A DNA stretch of 64,000 nt from an uncultured Gammaproteobacteria bacterium. Lineage in GTDB: Bacteria > Patescibacteriota > Microgenomatia > 2-02-FULL-39-11. Where the stretch lies: positions 5,169-69,168 of the forward strand of contig CAZJBV010000004.1 of assembly GCA_964544585.1 (NCBI GenBank), read 5' to 3'. Position 1 is the stretch's first letter. Each line of letters starts with the position of its first letter. Under the pieces are notes generated by a model, which was not told where the DNA came from, searched no databases, and saw only the letters and a list, made by a program, of their open reading frames with translations. A program made the translations under genes and the position numbers. This document shows, one piece after another, positions 48,583 through 59,843 of this stretch.

Positions 48583-50190
48583 AGTGACACTTCCTTTTTG
48601 GTAAATCTTCCGCATGAATGGATAGACTTCTAATAATTCCTCTACCCCACCTAGCTCTTTTTCTTGGGGCCCAAAAAATATATATCTAATCCTATTGTCT
48701 TTTAATAATTTTCTTGCCTCATCGCTACTCATCTCCCCCTTAAAAAAACGAGCAACCACTATCTCCTTCCAATTTTCATCAGGCGTATTTGCGTGTCCAA
48801 TATAGACAAAATTTCCCGCATATGCCGGAATAAAATTTCCCGCAGTTACATAGGTCAAAACAACACTATTCTTATCAGTTGAATCGGCAAGATAATATAC
48901 CCCCTCCATAAAATCCGTCAGTGGGTAAGCAAGTTGAGCTCCAATTGGCACATTAAATGTCGCCACCCTTTTGGCAAAAATCTGATCGGTCAACCATCCT
49001 ACCATAGAAACCATCACTCCCAACCCCATAAGAATAATTAGACTGATAATTATACCCACTCCTATCCTTACGTACCTTAAGTGGCCTATGTAGCCCAAAA
49101 CCCAAACAAAAAAATAAGTCGCCAATATCCCAAGAGGTATATTCAAGGCCGCTTCCGTAAATCTCGAGGGTGACTGTTCCGGCACATTTTCAAAAATCAT
49201 AAAAAGGACAAAGACCGAGACAACCCATGAAATTAAGGGGTAAAAATTAATTTTCTTTTTTATTAAAACGAGAATCCCGCCCAATATCCCCAGAGGAAGT
49301 AATGGCCCCAAAGCCAAAAAATATTCCCCATATGGTAAAAGAATCCTATGTTCAATATCAAAGATGGCAAGAGCCTTCCATGGTTGGATTTGAAACATAA
49401 GTTTTAAATAAATCAAAGACGGAAACGAAAATATAAAAAAAATAATCCGAGGTATAATTTTTTTAACAATTCCCTTTTTTTCCAGGACAAATTCAAGTAC
49501 TGTCAACACCACAAAAAATACGTACATCACGATCAAAGTCGGCGGGAAAATAATCCCTATCAGAAAACCTAAAACTCCCATCATAAGTAACTTAAAAACC
49601 TCAAGTGACCTGCCCTCCGAAAACCACCGCAAGAAAAGCAATAACCCTATCTGCCCAATCAAAATATGCGGAATAAATGTTATCCGTTGAAGTGAATCTA
49701 TAGCCGACCACCATCCCATATGGGTTGCAAAGCGAGGAATACCATTTACAAAGACTAAAACAGGAAAACTCCCCATCGTCACTACAAACAGAAAGCAAAC
49801 CACTACCCACCATCCTTTAAAAAAATATTGACAATATCGACTAATCAAAAAAAGCAACACAAACCCAAAAATAAGCCGGGATACATGATAAACTGCAGTA
49901 GGAGAAAGACTAAACACTCCTCCCAGCTTTCCTAAATAAAGATAGACTATCTGGAAAAGACTCCCCCCATGTGGTTCACTGTAGTATTTTTCCACCACCA
50001 GCCACCTTCCCTCCATCCCTTGTCTAATCCGGGAAAGATAAAAGTTATAATCAAACATATAATTATGCTCAAGAACAAAAGTCCTATTAGTTGGTAGTTG
50101 ATTTCGACTTGCCAATTCGTACAGACTAGGAGAAAAGGAAAAAATAACAAATAGGAAAGAAAGCAAAATGAGTACAATTCTTAAATTCAT
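48532..50190 (-). CDS. Member of 7-copy paralogous ~540-aa polytopic membrane protein family
   Basis: FVLEHNYMFDYNFYLSRIRQGMEGRWLVVEKYYSEPHGG; C-terminal YIGHANTPDE...IFFGPQEKELGG. Confidence 0.45.
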   Translation of the reverse strand: MNLRIVLILLSFLFVIFSFSPSLYELASRNQLPTNRTFVLEHNYMFDYNFYLSRIRQGMEGRWLVVEKYYSEPHGGSLFQIVYLYLGKLGGVFSLSPTAVYHVSRLIFGFVLLFLISRYCQYFFKGWWVVVCFLFVVTMGSFPVLVFVNGIPRFATHMGWWSAIDSLQRITFIPHILIGQIGLLLFLRWFSEGRSLEVFKLLMMGVLGFLIGIIFPPTLIVMYVFFVVLTVLEFVLEKKGIVKKIIPRIIFFIFSFPSLIYLKLMFQIQPWKALAIFDIEHRILLPYGEYFLALGPLLPLGILGGILVLIKKKINFYPLISWVVSVFVLFMIFENVPEQSPSRFTEAALNIPLGILATYFFVWVLGYIGHLRYVRIGVGIIISLIILMGLGVMVSMVGWLTDQIFAKRVATFNVPIGAQLAYPLTDFMEGVYYLADSTDKNSVVLTYVTAGNFIPAYAGNFVYIGHANTPDENWKEIVVARFFKGEMSSDEARKLLKDNRIRYIFFGPQEKELGGVEELLEVYPFMRKIYQKGSVTLYHFIENDNPIIENGS

Positions 50191-50225
50191 AGAAGTATTA
50201 TAATTGCGAGTATATCATCCACAGC

Positions 50226-51827
50226 ATGAATAATAGAATTACTACTCTCATTCTTTTATTGTTTATAACCATCAGTCTCAGTATCAGTCTACTTCCTGAT
50301 ATTTTTAGAATTATCTCCACACCCGCAAATACCATTTTTCCTCTCATTCACAACAACGCTAGTGACTATTTCTACTATCTCTCACTTATAAGACAAGGAT
50401 ACGATGGAAATCTCCTTCTTACTTCTAGAATGACCCCAGAGCAATTTCACCCCGCCTTTACCCAAACTATATTCTCAATCATGGGATTGGTATCTCGGCT
50501 ATTTTCACTTTCTCTTCCCCTCACCTACCTTTTGGCACGAATCGTATTCGGCCTATTTCTTCTCTTTACCATCATCTATTGCGCCAAAATTCTATTTAGG
50601 AAAAATATCTATGTTGTCAGCGCCAGTTTCCTAGCAATTTTTACTACTGGTTTTTGGATAATTGGAGAAAATTATACCGGCCTACCCGTCAGACAATATC
50701 TCATCCACTGGACCAGACTAGATCCTATCATCCGCACCACCTATCTTCCACATCATCTTGCCTCTACAGTCATCGGACTATTTTCTCTTATTATTCTCTC
50801 GAAAAGTTTAGATCAAAAAAATATCAAAATGGGAGTCTTGGCTGCTATTTTGGCTTTACTATCAAGCTTCATCTATTTTGCTACCATGGTTAACATTCTA
50901 GGAGGATTGACGCTTGTCGTCTTATTAACTATAAGATCCCTTACATATCAAAATTTAAAAGACAAGTTGCCCATCGTCTGTATATACATCTTATTATCAT
51001 CTTTGCCCCTCTTCTATTTCCGCAGCCTTTCCCTCACCTCATTTCCCTGGTCCGCTTATGATAAAGTCGGCGAAAACTTCAATTTCTATTTGCCTTTCTT
51101 ACATTACTTATACTCATCAGGCCTAGTCTTTCCCCTTACTTTAGTAGGTTTACCCCTCATTTTTAAGACAAAAGAATTTCTTCCCAAATTCCTGTTAGGA
51201 TGGGCTCTCTTTCCTTTTATCGGCCTTTTTGTTGTGGCCAAAATATTTCCCCAATATGGAAATGTTTACTATCTAGAAGCTACATCTCATATACCCTTTG
51301 GATTACTTTCCCTTTACGGATTTATTTACATTAAAAATAGATTTTATTTGCATAAAAAAGTCCTACTTTTAATATTTATTCTCCTCGGATTATATTTCAT
51401 TCCCCCCACCCTCACGTCCATAGTCTACGAGTCAGGCAGACTCAAAACCAACTATTACAATTTTTTCATTCCCGAGGACATTTTTAAAGGCTTCTCCTGG
51501 TTAGATGGTAATACCCCCTCCGAATCTATAATTTTAGCAGGCGGATATTTTGGCAATGTTGTTCCTGCCTTCACCCACAACAGAGTCGTCTACGGCCATC
51601 GGGCAAATACTTACAAGCCAGAAGAAAAAAAAGCCGCACTAGATATATTTTTCAACCAAACAGATCTCACCCAATCCGCCAAAATATTAAAAAAATTTAA
51701 CGTCTCATATATATTTTTTAGCCTAGATACCAATAATCCAATCCCTCAATTCGAAACGAGTCTTCCTGTAATTAAAGTTTACCAGAATCCATCTGTATCT
51801 ATTTATAAAGTAACTACGCCTCAATGA
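50226..51827 (+). CDS. Member of 7-copy paralogous ~540-aa polytopic membrane protein family
   Basis: FPLIHNNASDYFYYLSLIRQGYDGNLLLTSRMTPEQFH; C-terminal VYGHRANTYKPEE...YIFFSLD. Confidence 0.45.
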   Translation: MNNRITTLILLLFITISLSISLLPDIFRIISTPANTIFPLIHNNASDYFYYLSLIRQGYDGNLLLTSRMTPEQFHPAFTQTIFSIMGLVSRLFSLSLPLTYLLARIVFGLFLLFTIIYCAKILFRKNIYVVSASFLAIFTTGFWIIGENYTGLPVRQYLIHWTRLDPIIRTTYLPHHLASTVIGLFSLIILSKSLDQKNIKMGVLAAILALLSSFIYFATMVNILGGLTLVVLLTIRSLTYQNLKDKLPIVCIYILLSSLPLFYFRSLSLTSFPWSAYDKVGENFNFYLPFLHYLYSSGLVFPLTLVGLPLIFKTKEFLPKFLLGWALFPFIGLFVVAKIFPQYGNVYYLEATSHIPFGLLSLYGFIYIKNRFYLHKKVLLLIFILLGLYFIPPTLTSIVYESGRLKTNYYNFFIPEDIFKGFSWLDGNTPSESIILAGGYFGNVVPAFTHNRVVYGHRANTYKPEEKKAALDIFFNQTDLTQSAKILKKFNVSYIFFSLDTNNPIPQFETSLPVIKVYQNPSVSIYKVTTPQ

Positions 51828-52579
51828 GAATCAATCTTAGCATCATTACTCCCGTCTACAATGAGGATAAATTACTATCAAAAAATATCAAAAATTTTGT
51901 TGATTTTTTCCAAAAAAGACCGGAAATAGACCATTTTGAAATCATCATCTCCGAAAACGGCTCGAAAGATAAAACACTCGCCATAGCCAAAAAAATCAAA
52001 AAAAAATATCAATTCATAGAGCTTATTAATTTGAACGAAAAAAGCCTAGGACTTGCCCTCAGCTACGCCATCAAGAAATCTAAATATCCATATCTATATT
52101 TTCTTCCCATCGACAATCCATTCCGCTTTATGGACTATTTTGGATCGATTAAAAATATAAATCGCTTTGACATTATCTTTTCCACCAAAAACCACCCACA
52201 ATCAGTCTATAAAAACAAACCACTCCGCAAAGTTGCCTCCCACATATTCTCATTTTTAGTCAAAGCAATATTTCACCTTCCGCTCACTGATACACAAGGA
52301 ACCTTCTTTGCAAAAAGAGAAAAACTTCTATCACTTCTTCATTATTCCACATCCAAAGGACCTTTTTTTCAAACCCAATTAGCAATCTATGCTTTCAAAA
52401 AAGGTATGCATATCCAAGAATTTCCCGTAAATTACACTACACCCTACAGACGCCGTTCAAAAATTTCCCTCATCAAAGATGGATCGATGCTTATTTTTGA
52501 GTTGCTAATAGAAAAGTTAAAAATTATGAAAGCTAGTCTAACACCTCGTAGAGAACATTTAGGCCGCTATTATAAATAA
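51824..52579 (+). CDS. Family 2 glycosyltransferase (polyprenyl-phosphate sugar synthase-like)
   Basis: LSIITPVYNEDKLL...IIISENGSKDKT... Confidence 0.7.
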   Translation: MRINLSIITPVYNEDKLLSKNIKNFVDFFQKRPEIDHFEIIISENGSKDKTLAIAKKIKKKYQFIELINLNEKSLGLALSYAIKKSKYPYLYFLPIDNPFRFMDYFGSIKNINRFDIIFSTKNHPQSVYKNKPLRKVASHIFSFLVKAIFHLPLTDTQGTFFAKREKLLSLLHYSTSKGPFFQTQLAIYAFKKGMHIQEFPVNYTTPYRRRSKISLIKDGSMLIFELLIEKLKIMKASLTPRREHLGRYYK

Positions 52580-54188
52580 CTTTCTTATTAGGTAATTTAT
52601 CAACACTTGTTTCCCATGGTCGAGGCGTATCAGGCCCAAAATATATATATTTAATTTTATATTTTCGGATTATATCCACCAACTCATCGCTTGAAAAAGT
52701 ATTAGAATAAAATTTGGTCATTATGTCCAACTTTTCATTGTAATTAAAAGTCGCATCTCCATGTCCTACCAATACTCTATTATGGGCAAATGAAGGCAAC
52801 ATTATCCCAGATGAATACCCTGCCAAAACCACCGACTCTGGGGGAGTATTGTTATCAAGGTAAGTAAAAAGAGACAAAGTATCTACAGGTATATGGCTAA
52901 AAAGATTAAAAGCATTAGTTTCTTCAAACTGTGTTTTCAACGAAAGGTAACAATTAAGAATAAAAAGCACCACAAGAAACATCGTGAGTAATATAGTAAT
53001 AAATTTTTTTCTTAAATTATCATAAACTATAAATATTCCCATGCTTCCAAGAATAGAAAGTGGTATAAATTGACTTAACTGAAGGAGTCGAAACATAGAA
53101 ATTTCTGGAATAAATTGCGATGCAAATACTCCGATAACTGGTCCAAAAGCCCATCCTACTATAAAATAATAAAGAATACCCTGTCGCTTTCGCCAAGTCA
53201 AAACTAAAACAGTAATGGCAAGCGGTAATGCTGGCCCCAAAACCATAATATATTCCCAAAATGGCCACCGCAAAGTAGCTATATCATTTCTTAAAAAATT
53301 GTCCCACGGAAATACAGTAAATAAATAAAATCGATAATAATAAACACTTATAACCAGAGGCAGCAAATATAAAACAAAATGACTACTCAAATAAAAAAAC
53401 TTTCTCTCCTGGAAAAAAATAAGAAAAAAAGCTAAAGGTAAAATAAATATCATCCCCGCCAGAGTAGCCGGATTTATAAGCACAGAAAAAAAGAGTAATA
53501 CTGAACCTATCAAAGAATATTTAAATTCATGATCTTTTATACCCTTATAAGCGCAAAAGAGAAAACCAATCATCAATATTGATGACGCTGTATGATGGGG
53601 TAGAAACGCAATTCTCCTTAAAACATCAAAATTTGTAATCCCCCACAGAAAATTTCCAAAAGAAGTTGTTACATCCCCCGTCCAATTAAATCTCAAAAAA
53701 CTGGACATTAAAACCACAGATAAAAAAGAAATTAATCTTCGCCATCGCCCCTGAACAAGTTTGATAATGAGAATATAAACCAAAAGAAGCCTTATAAATC
53801 CAAAAATAAATCGCGAAAATGTAAAACTTACCATTGGATTAAATCCTAAAGACCCTAAAGTAAAACCCAGAATAGAAAAAAAAGTATGTCCATATTTTCG
53901 CGGAAATATTTCAGGCGTAAAACGCGAAGTTAAAGCAATTTGACCTTCGCTACCATCCTTCATCCACGAAAGAAACTGATAATAATCAGGGTAAAAATTA
54001 AAAGCCATCGTATAAATTTTACCGGATGGCGTCCCAAGACTGTGATATAAAATCGGAAGAAAACCGATAAATATAGATATTAAAATGACTCCAACAATCA
54101 AAAAAAATTCATTTTTCCAAAAAACTGAAATCTTCATAAACAATTCTAATATATCACAATTATTTTTACCTACTTGACAAATAATCAA
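52533..54188 (-). CDS. Member of 7-copy paralogous ~540-aa polytopic membrane protein family
   Basis: MAFNFYPDYYQFLSWMKDGSEGQIALTSRFTPE; C-terminal VGHGDATFNYNE...YIYFGPDTPRPW. Confidence 0.45.
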   Translation of the reverse strand: MIICQVGKNNCDILELFMKISVFWKNEFFLIVGVILISIFIGFLPILYHSLGTPSGKIYTMAFNFYPDYYQFLSWMKDGSEGQIALTSRFTPEIFPRKYGHTFFSILGFTLGSLGFNPMVSFTFSRFIFGFIRLLLVYILIIKLVQGRWRRLISFLSVVLMSSFLRFNWTGDVTTSFGNFLWGITNFDVLRRIAFLPHHTASSILMIGFLFCAYKGIKDHEFKYSLIGSVLLFFSVLINPATLAGMIFILPLAFFLIFFQERKFFYLSSHFVLYLLPLVISVYYYRFYLFTVFPWDNFLRNDIATLRWPFWEYIMVLGPALPLAITVLVLTWRKRQGILYYFIVGWAFGPVIGVFASQFIPEISMFRLLQLSQFIPLSILGSMGIFIVYDNLRKKFITILLTMFLVVLFILNCYLSLKTQFEETNAFNLFSHIPVDTLSLFTYLDNNTPPESVVLAGYSSGIMLPSFAHNRVLVGHGDATFNYNEKLDIMTKFYSNTFSSDELVDIIRKYKIKYIYFGPDTPRPWETSVDKLPNKKVIYNSGLNVLYEVLD

Positions 54189-54204
54189 CCATAAGTGTTA
54201 ATAT
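54174..54204 (+). promoter_or_regulatory. Sigma70-like promoter TTGACA-N18-TTAATA upstream of 54217
   Basis: Read directly. Confidence 0.35.
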
Positions 54205-54216
54205 AGATTCCATCCT

Positions 54217-54933
54217 ATGGCAGAAGAACCCACAGAAGAGCAACTCGACATCAAAAAATTGGCTACGGCCACAATCGTCGGTATTGTTGTTCTCGGAGCC
54301 GTAGTCTATGGAGCATATACTTATTCTCAAAGAAAAAGCGGTAATATCGCTCTCCCAGGAGGAGTTACTTATTTAGGGGCAACACCCGCCGGGGATCAAC
54401 CGCCAACCGCTCCCCTTAGATTTACGGCAGATCCAAGTGTTTCCTGGACGATTTATGCTGGTAAAGAATATCCATATTCATTCTCCACACCCGCAACTTT
54501 ACCCCTCGTCTATTTCCCGGGAGACAGAAATGATCCAGTCGGCGTCGTCTGGGGAAATATTCCCCCTCAGGCAAATCTTCTTTTAAATATTGAGAGATTA
54601 TCCGAAAGAGAAGGCGACTATGAAAAAAAACCCAAAAGAACTTATGTCGAAGATTGGTATAAATTTTTTTCCGGACTATCAGGAATCGAATCCATTGCAG
54701 AATTTACCAATATCAAAGGTCTCAAAGGCTACAGAGTCCAGTATCTCACACCGACGGGAAAATCTCCCAACATCGATATATTTTTAGAGATACCAGGCAG
54801 AAACGACATCATGATCCACATGGGAAACGGTTCATTGGATCCTAGCGTGTTCGATCGCATCGTAGATAGCGTCGAATGGGGAAATGACATCTCTCCTACT
54901 ACAATTCCTCCGACACCTTCTACCACTCCCTAA
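54217..54933 (+). CDS. Membrane-anchored (single N-terminal TM) extracytoplasmic protein of unknown function with Pro/Thr-rich C-terminus
   Basis: 238 aa; hydrophobic helix at aa 15-33. Codon usage is less AT-biased than in neighbours. Confidence 0.45.
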   Translation: MAEEPTEEQLDIKKLATATIVGIVVLGAVVYGAYTYSQRKSGNIALPGGVTYLGATPAGDQPPTAPLRFTADPSVSWTIYAGKEYPYSFSTPATLPLVYFPGDRNDPVGVVWGNIPPQANLLLNIERLSEREGDYEKKPKRTYVEDWYKFFSGLSGIESIAEFTNIKGLKGYRVQYLTPTGKSPNIDIFLEIPGRNDIMIHMGNGSLDPSVFDRIVDSVEWGNDISPTTIPPTPSTTP

Positions 54934-54936
54934 TTA

Positions 54937-56723
54937 GTGTATATTCTGTTAAAATCCAAATTAGTCAGTATGCGTAATCTCCTCTATCTTCTTTTAATTG
55001 GTCTTCTAATTCGTCTTATTTTTATCCCCAACACCGGTTTTATCGCAGATATTTCCTTTTGGAAATCATGGGGCTTAGCAGCCAGAGACCATGGCATAGT
55101 CTGGACAGCCCACAATACCAATATCAATTATCCTCCCGGTTTTATTTATATCCTATGGTACATGGGTGAATCTTACAGTCTATTTGCCGATCCCCAAAAT
55201 TTCAATGAATTTTGGGATGCGGGAAACCTCCTCTTTCTTGCTATTTCCAAATTTCCTGCCATCCTCTCCGATCTGGGTATTGCAATTTTAATTTATATTT
55301 TTTCTAAAAATATATTAAAAGACGAAAAACAAAAAGAATCTCGCCTCCCTCTCATTCTTACCGGATTATTTCTATTTAATCCAGTCGTCATATTAGATAG
55401 CGCCATCTGGGGCCAAGTCGAATCATTCGGCATGCTCTTTACGATTCTGACAGTAATTCTCATACTCAAAGGCAAACCATCCCTGGCCATATTTATTTTT
55501 GTCGTCGGCTGCCTCATGAAGCTCCAGAATATTATTTATATACCCCTAATCTACCTTTTCATTTTTCGCTATCATGGTTTTGACGCGCTCATAAAAAGTA
55601 TTGCTACCTCCCTTCTTGCTTTTATCATAACCGTCTTCCCCTTTTTAATGGCAAACGATATAGAACGCGTCCTTCTCCTTTTGACCGTCAACAATGATTA
55701 CTTTCCCTGGCTCTCACTCCACGCCCACAATCCTTGGTGGATACTTTCAGGCGGAACAATGATTTCGTCCGACAAAATTTTAGTCTTGGGTATAGCAAAT
55801 GCCAAACAAGTTGGACTGATCCTTTTTGCCGGAATCTATCTTCTCCTAATGATTCTACTTTGGAAGAGTCCAAACCCTAAAAATTTTATCATTAGCCTGG
55901 GAATTTCCATCTTTGCCTTTTTCCTTTTTACCACCCAAAGCCATGAACGGTATTCTTATCCCGCGATCGTCTGGCTCCTTTTTTATATTCCTTTTATTCG
56001 TGAAATCCGTTGGAAAAAATATGCCTTTTTTTTATTTGCCCTATTGACTTCAGCAATTTTTTTCAATATGCACGAAGGTCTAGTCGCCAATTATCCCGAA
56101 AACGGATTTGCCCCTCTTACGGCAATCACAAATCAACTAACAAACAACATTAATTCCGTCTTTATGATCATACTCCTTTTTCTCCTTCTTCCATTTATTT
56201 TTAGACAAATATCCTATTTATATTTATTTATTCCAGCAATATTTATTTCTCTTGCTTTATTTGGCCTAAATGCCCAATACTTATTAAAAGGAAAAATCTT
56301 TTTATCATCTTTAAAGCCTACCAGCACATCCCTCGGCTTTGGCGTCTTGCAGAAAGATCGCTCCGTCAATTCTTTTGCCGGTCCCAAATCATGGAATTTT
56401 CTCTCCTCTGAATATTTCTTTTATGAAAAAGGCTTTGGCACCCATGCCAACTCCCTCCTCACTTTTGACCTCAATCGCAAATTTTCCCGCCTCAAAACTG
56501 ATGTTGGTGTAGACTCCGAGGGAGGTACAGACGCTTCAGTCGTCTTCAAAATTCACGGTGATGATAAATTACTTTACGAATCGGAAAAAATGGGCAGATT
56601 CGATTTCCCCAGACACATAGATGTAAATCTCAAAGGAGTAAAAACTTTGATACTTGAAGTAACCGACGGCGATGATGGTATAAACAATGATCACGCCGAT
56701 TGGCTAAATCCAATTTTATACAA

Positions 56724-56727
<4 letters not shown>
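54937..56727 (+). CDS. Polytopic membrane protein (GT-C-like N-terminal ~450 aa) fused to a C-terminal NPCBM-type carbohydrate-binding domain
   Basis: C-terminus GFGTHANSLLTFDLNRKFSRLKTDVGVDSEGG...VVFKIHGDDKLLYES...DHADWLNPILY matches the NPCBM consensus (…GxHAxS…DHADWADAxL). Confidence 0.5.
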
Positions 56728-58993
<2,266 letters not shown>

Positions 58994-59012
<19 letters not shown>

Positions 59013-59038
59013 AATTCACTCCCAGTGGGTTTCTAGGT
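58994..59038. terminator. Hairpin (AAACCCACCGG ... CCAGTGGGTTT, 10 bp with one mismatch) between convergent genes; possible bidirectional terminator
   Basis: Inverted repeat read directly. The downstream T-run is weak. Confidence 0.3.
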
Positions 59039-59056
59039 TTCAATTGAAAAAGACTA

Positions 59057-59368
59057 TTAAGCAGTCGAAGGTATACCACCGCTTTGTCTTTGATTTTGAA
59101 AACATTCTCGACAAAGTACACCTGTTCCCTTTCGGGGTACAAATGGTACTTCATCCTCTCGTCCACAATTAGAACACGTAATTTTAGTCATGACACGATT
59201 GGCCATCTTTTCAGCCTTTCGCTTTTGCCTATCCTCTGGACATCTTGATGGAGGGTTATCAAAACCCTTATCTTTATAGAACTGCTGTTCACCAGCAGTC
59301 CAAACAAACTGTTTACCACAGTCTTTACAAACTAATGTCTGATCTTGAAATTGAGATTGAGATTGCAT
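59057..59368 (-). CDS. Zinc-ribbon protein (two CxxC pairs x2; zf-trcl-like)
   Basis: CKDCGKQF...CPEDR and CSNCGRED...CRECF; 103 aa. Confidence 0.5.
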   Translation of the reverse strand: MQSQSQFQDQTLVCKDCGKQFVWTAGEQQFYKDKGFDNPPSRCPEDRQKRKAEKMANRVMTKITCSNCGREDEVPFVPRKGTGVLCRECFQNQRQSGGIPSTA

Positions 59369-59486
59369 CCTGGAATCACCCCCTTTTTACTGGCCTTTAT
59401 CCAGGATGCCTAAGAAGAATTTTCCCTAGGAAATACCATGGAATGAGGACCTTACTAAATTAAAGTATATCAACTAATGCTGTTAT

Positions 59487-59570
59487 AGTCAAATAAAGTG
59501 GAACGTAACAAATTGCCAAAGCAATTTGAACGTTCCCACCACGTTTAAATTTGCGTCAGCAAATTTATTA
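59487..59570 (-). terminator. Two consecutive strong hairpins in the tRNA-Ala(-) 3' trailer followed by a U-rich tract
   Basis: First hairpin CCACCACGT-TT-AAATTTGC / GCAAATTT-ATT-ACGTGGTGG. Second hairpin GGAACGTAACAAATTGC / GCAATTTGAACGTTCC. The first overlaps the encoded CCA end. Confidence 0.45.
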
Positions 59571-59571
59571 C

Positions 59572-59648
59572 GTGGTGGACCCGAGGGGACTCGAACCCCT
59601 TGCCTTCTGACTGCCAGCCAGATGTTCAACCAGCTAAACTTCGGGCCC
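59572..59648 (-). tRNA. tRNA-Ala (anticodon GGC), CCA encoded
   Basis: Manual fold gives acceptor GGGCCCG with a G3:U70 Ala identity pair, anticodon loop CUGGCAG and T-arm AGGGG-UUCGAGU-CCCCU. There is one extra nucleotide at the T-stem/acceptor junction (77 nt), so tRNAscan confirmation is needed. Confidence 0.55.
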
Positions 59649-59662
59649 GGGTGATCTAACAT

Positions 59663-59690
59663 TGTATCAAATCAATCTCAGATGTAAAAT
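59663..59690 (+). promoter_or_regulatory. Sigma70-like promoter TTGTAT-N17-TAAAAT for tRNA-Ala(+)
   Basis: Read directly. The -10 element ends 8 nt before the tRNA 5' end. Confidence 0.4.
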
Positions 59691-59698
59691 ACCAAAAA

Positions 59699-59769
59699 GG
59701 GCCTATGGTTCAACGGTAGAATACTGCTTTCGCATTGCAGAGATCCGAGTTCGATTCTCGGTAGGTCCA
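59699..59769 (+). tRNA. tRNA-Ala (anticodon CGC), no encoded CCA
   Basis: Acceptor GGGCCUA/UAGGUCC with G3:U70, D-arm GUUC-AACGGUA-GAAU, anticodon loop UUCGCAU, T-arm CCGAG-UUCGAUU-CUCGG. Confidence 0.6.
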
Positions 59770-59792
59770 CAGATCTTCTCACAGGTACTCCA

Positions 59793-59841
59793 ATCCGAGT
59801 TCCCTGCCTGCCGGCAGGCAGGGATTCTCGGTAGGTCCACA
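59793..59841 (+). other. Duplicated 3' fragment of tRNA-Ala(CGC) (ATCCGAGTTC ... GATTCTCGGTAGGTCCACA) interrupted in the T-loop by the 20-bp palindrome CCTGCCTGCCGGCAGGCAGG (copy 2, 59803-59822)
   Basis: Direct comparison with 59742-59770. The two flanks reproduce the tRNA from the variable region to the 3' end, and the palindrome sits exactly where the T-loop would be. Confidence 0.7.
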
Positions 59842-59843
59842 AA

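Noticed and set aside
54729-54926. Minus-strand 65-aa ORF inside 54217..54933
   Set aside because: Antisense to a longer ORF with a clear signal-anchor and coherent composition.
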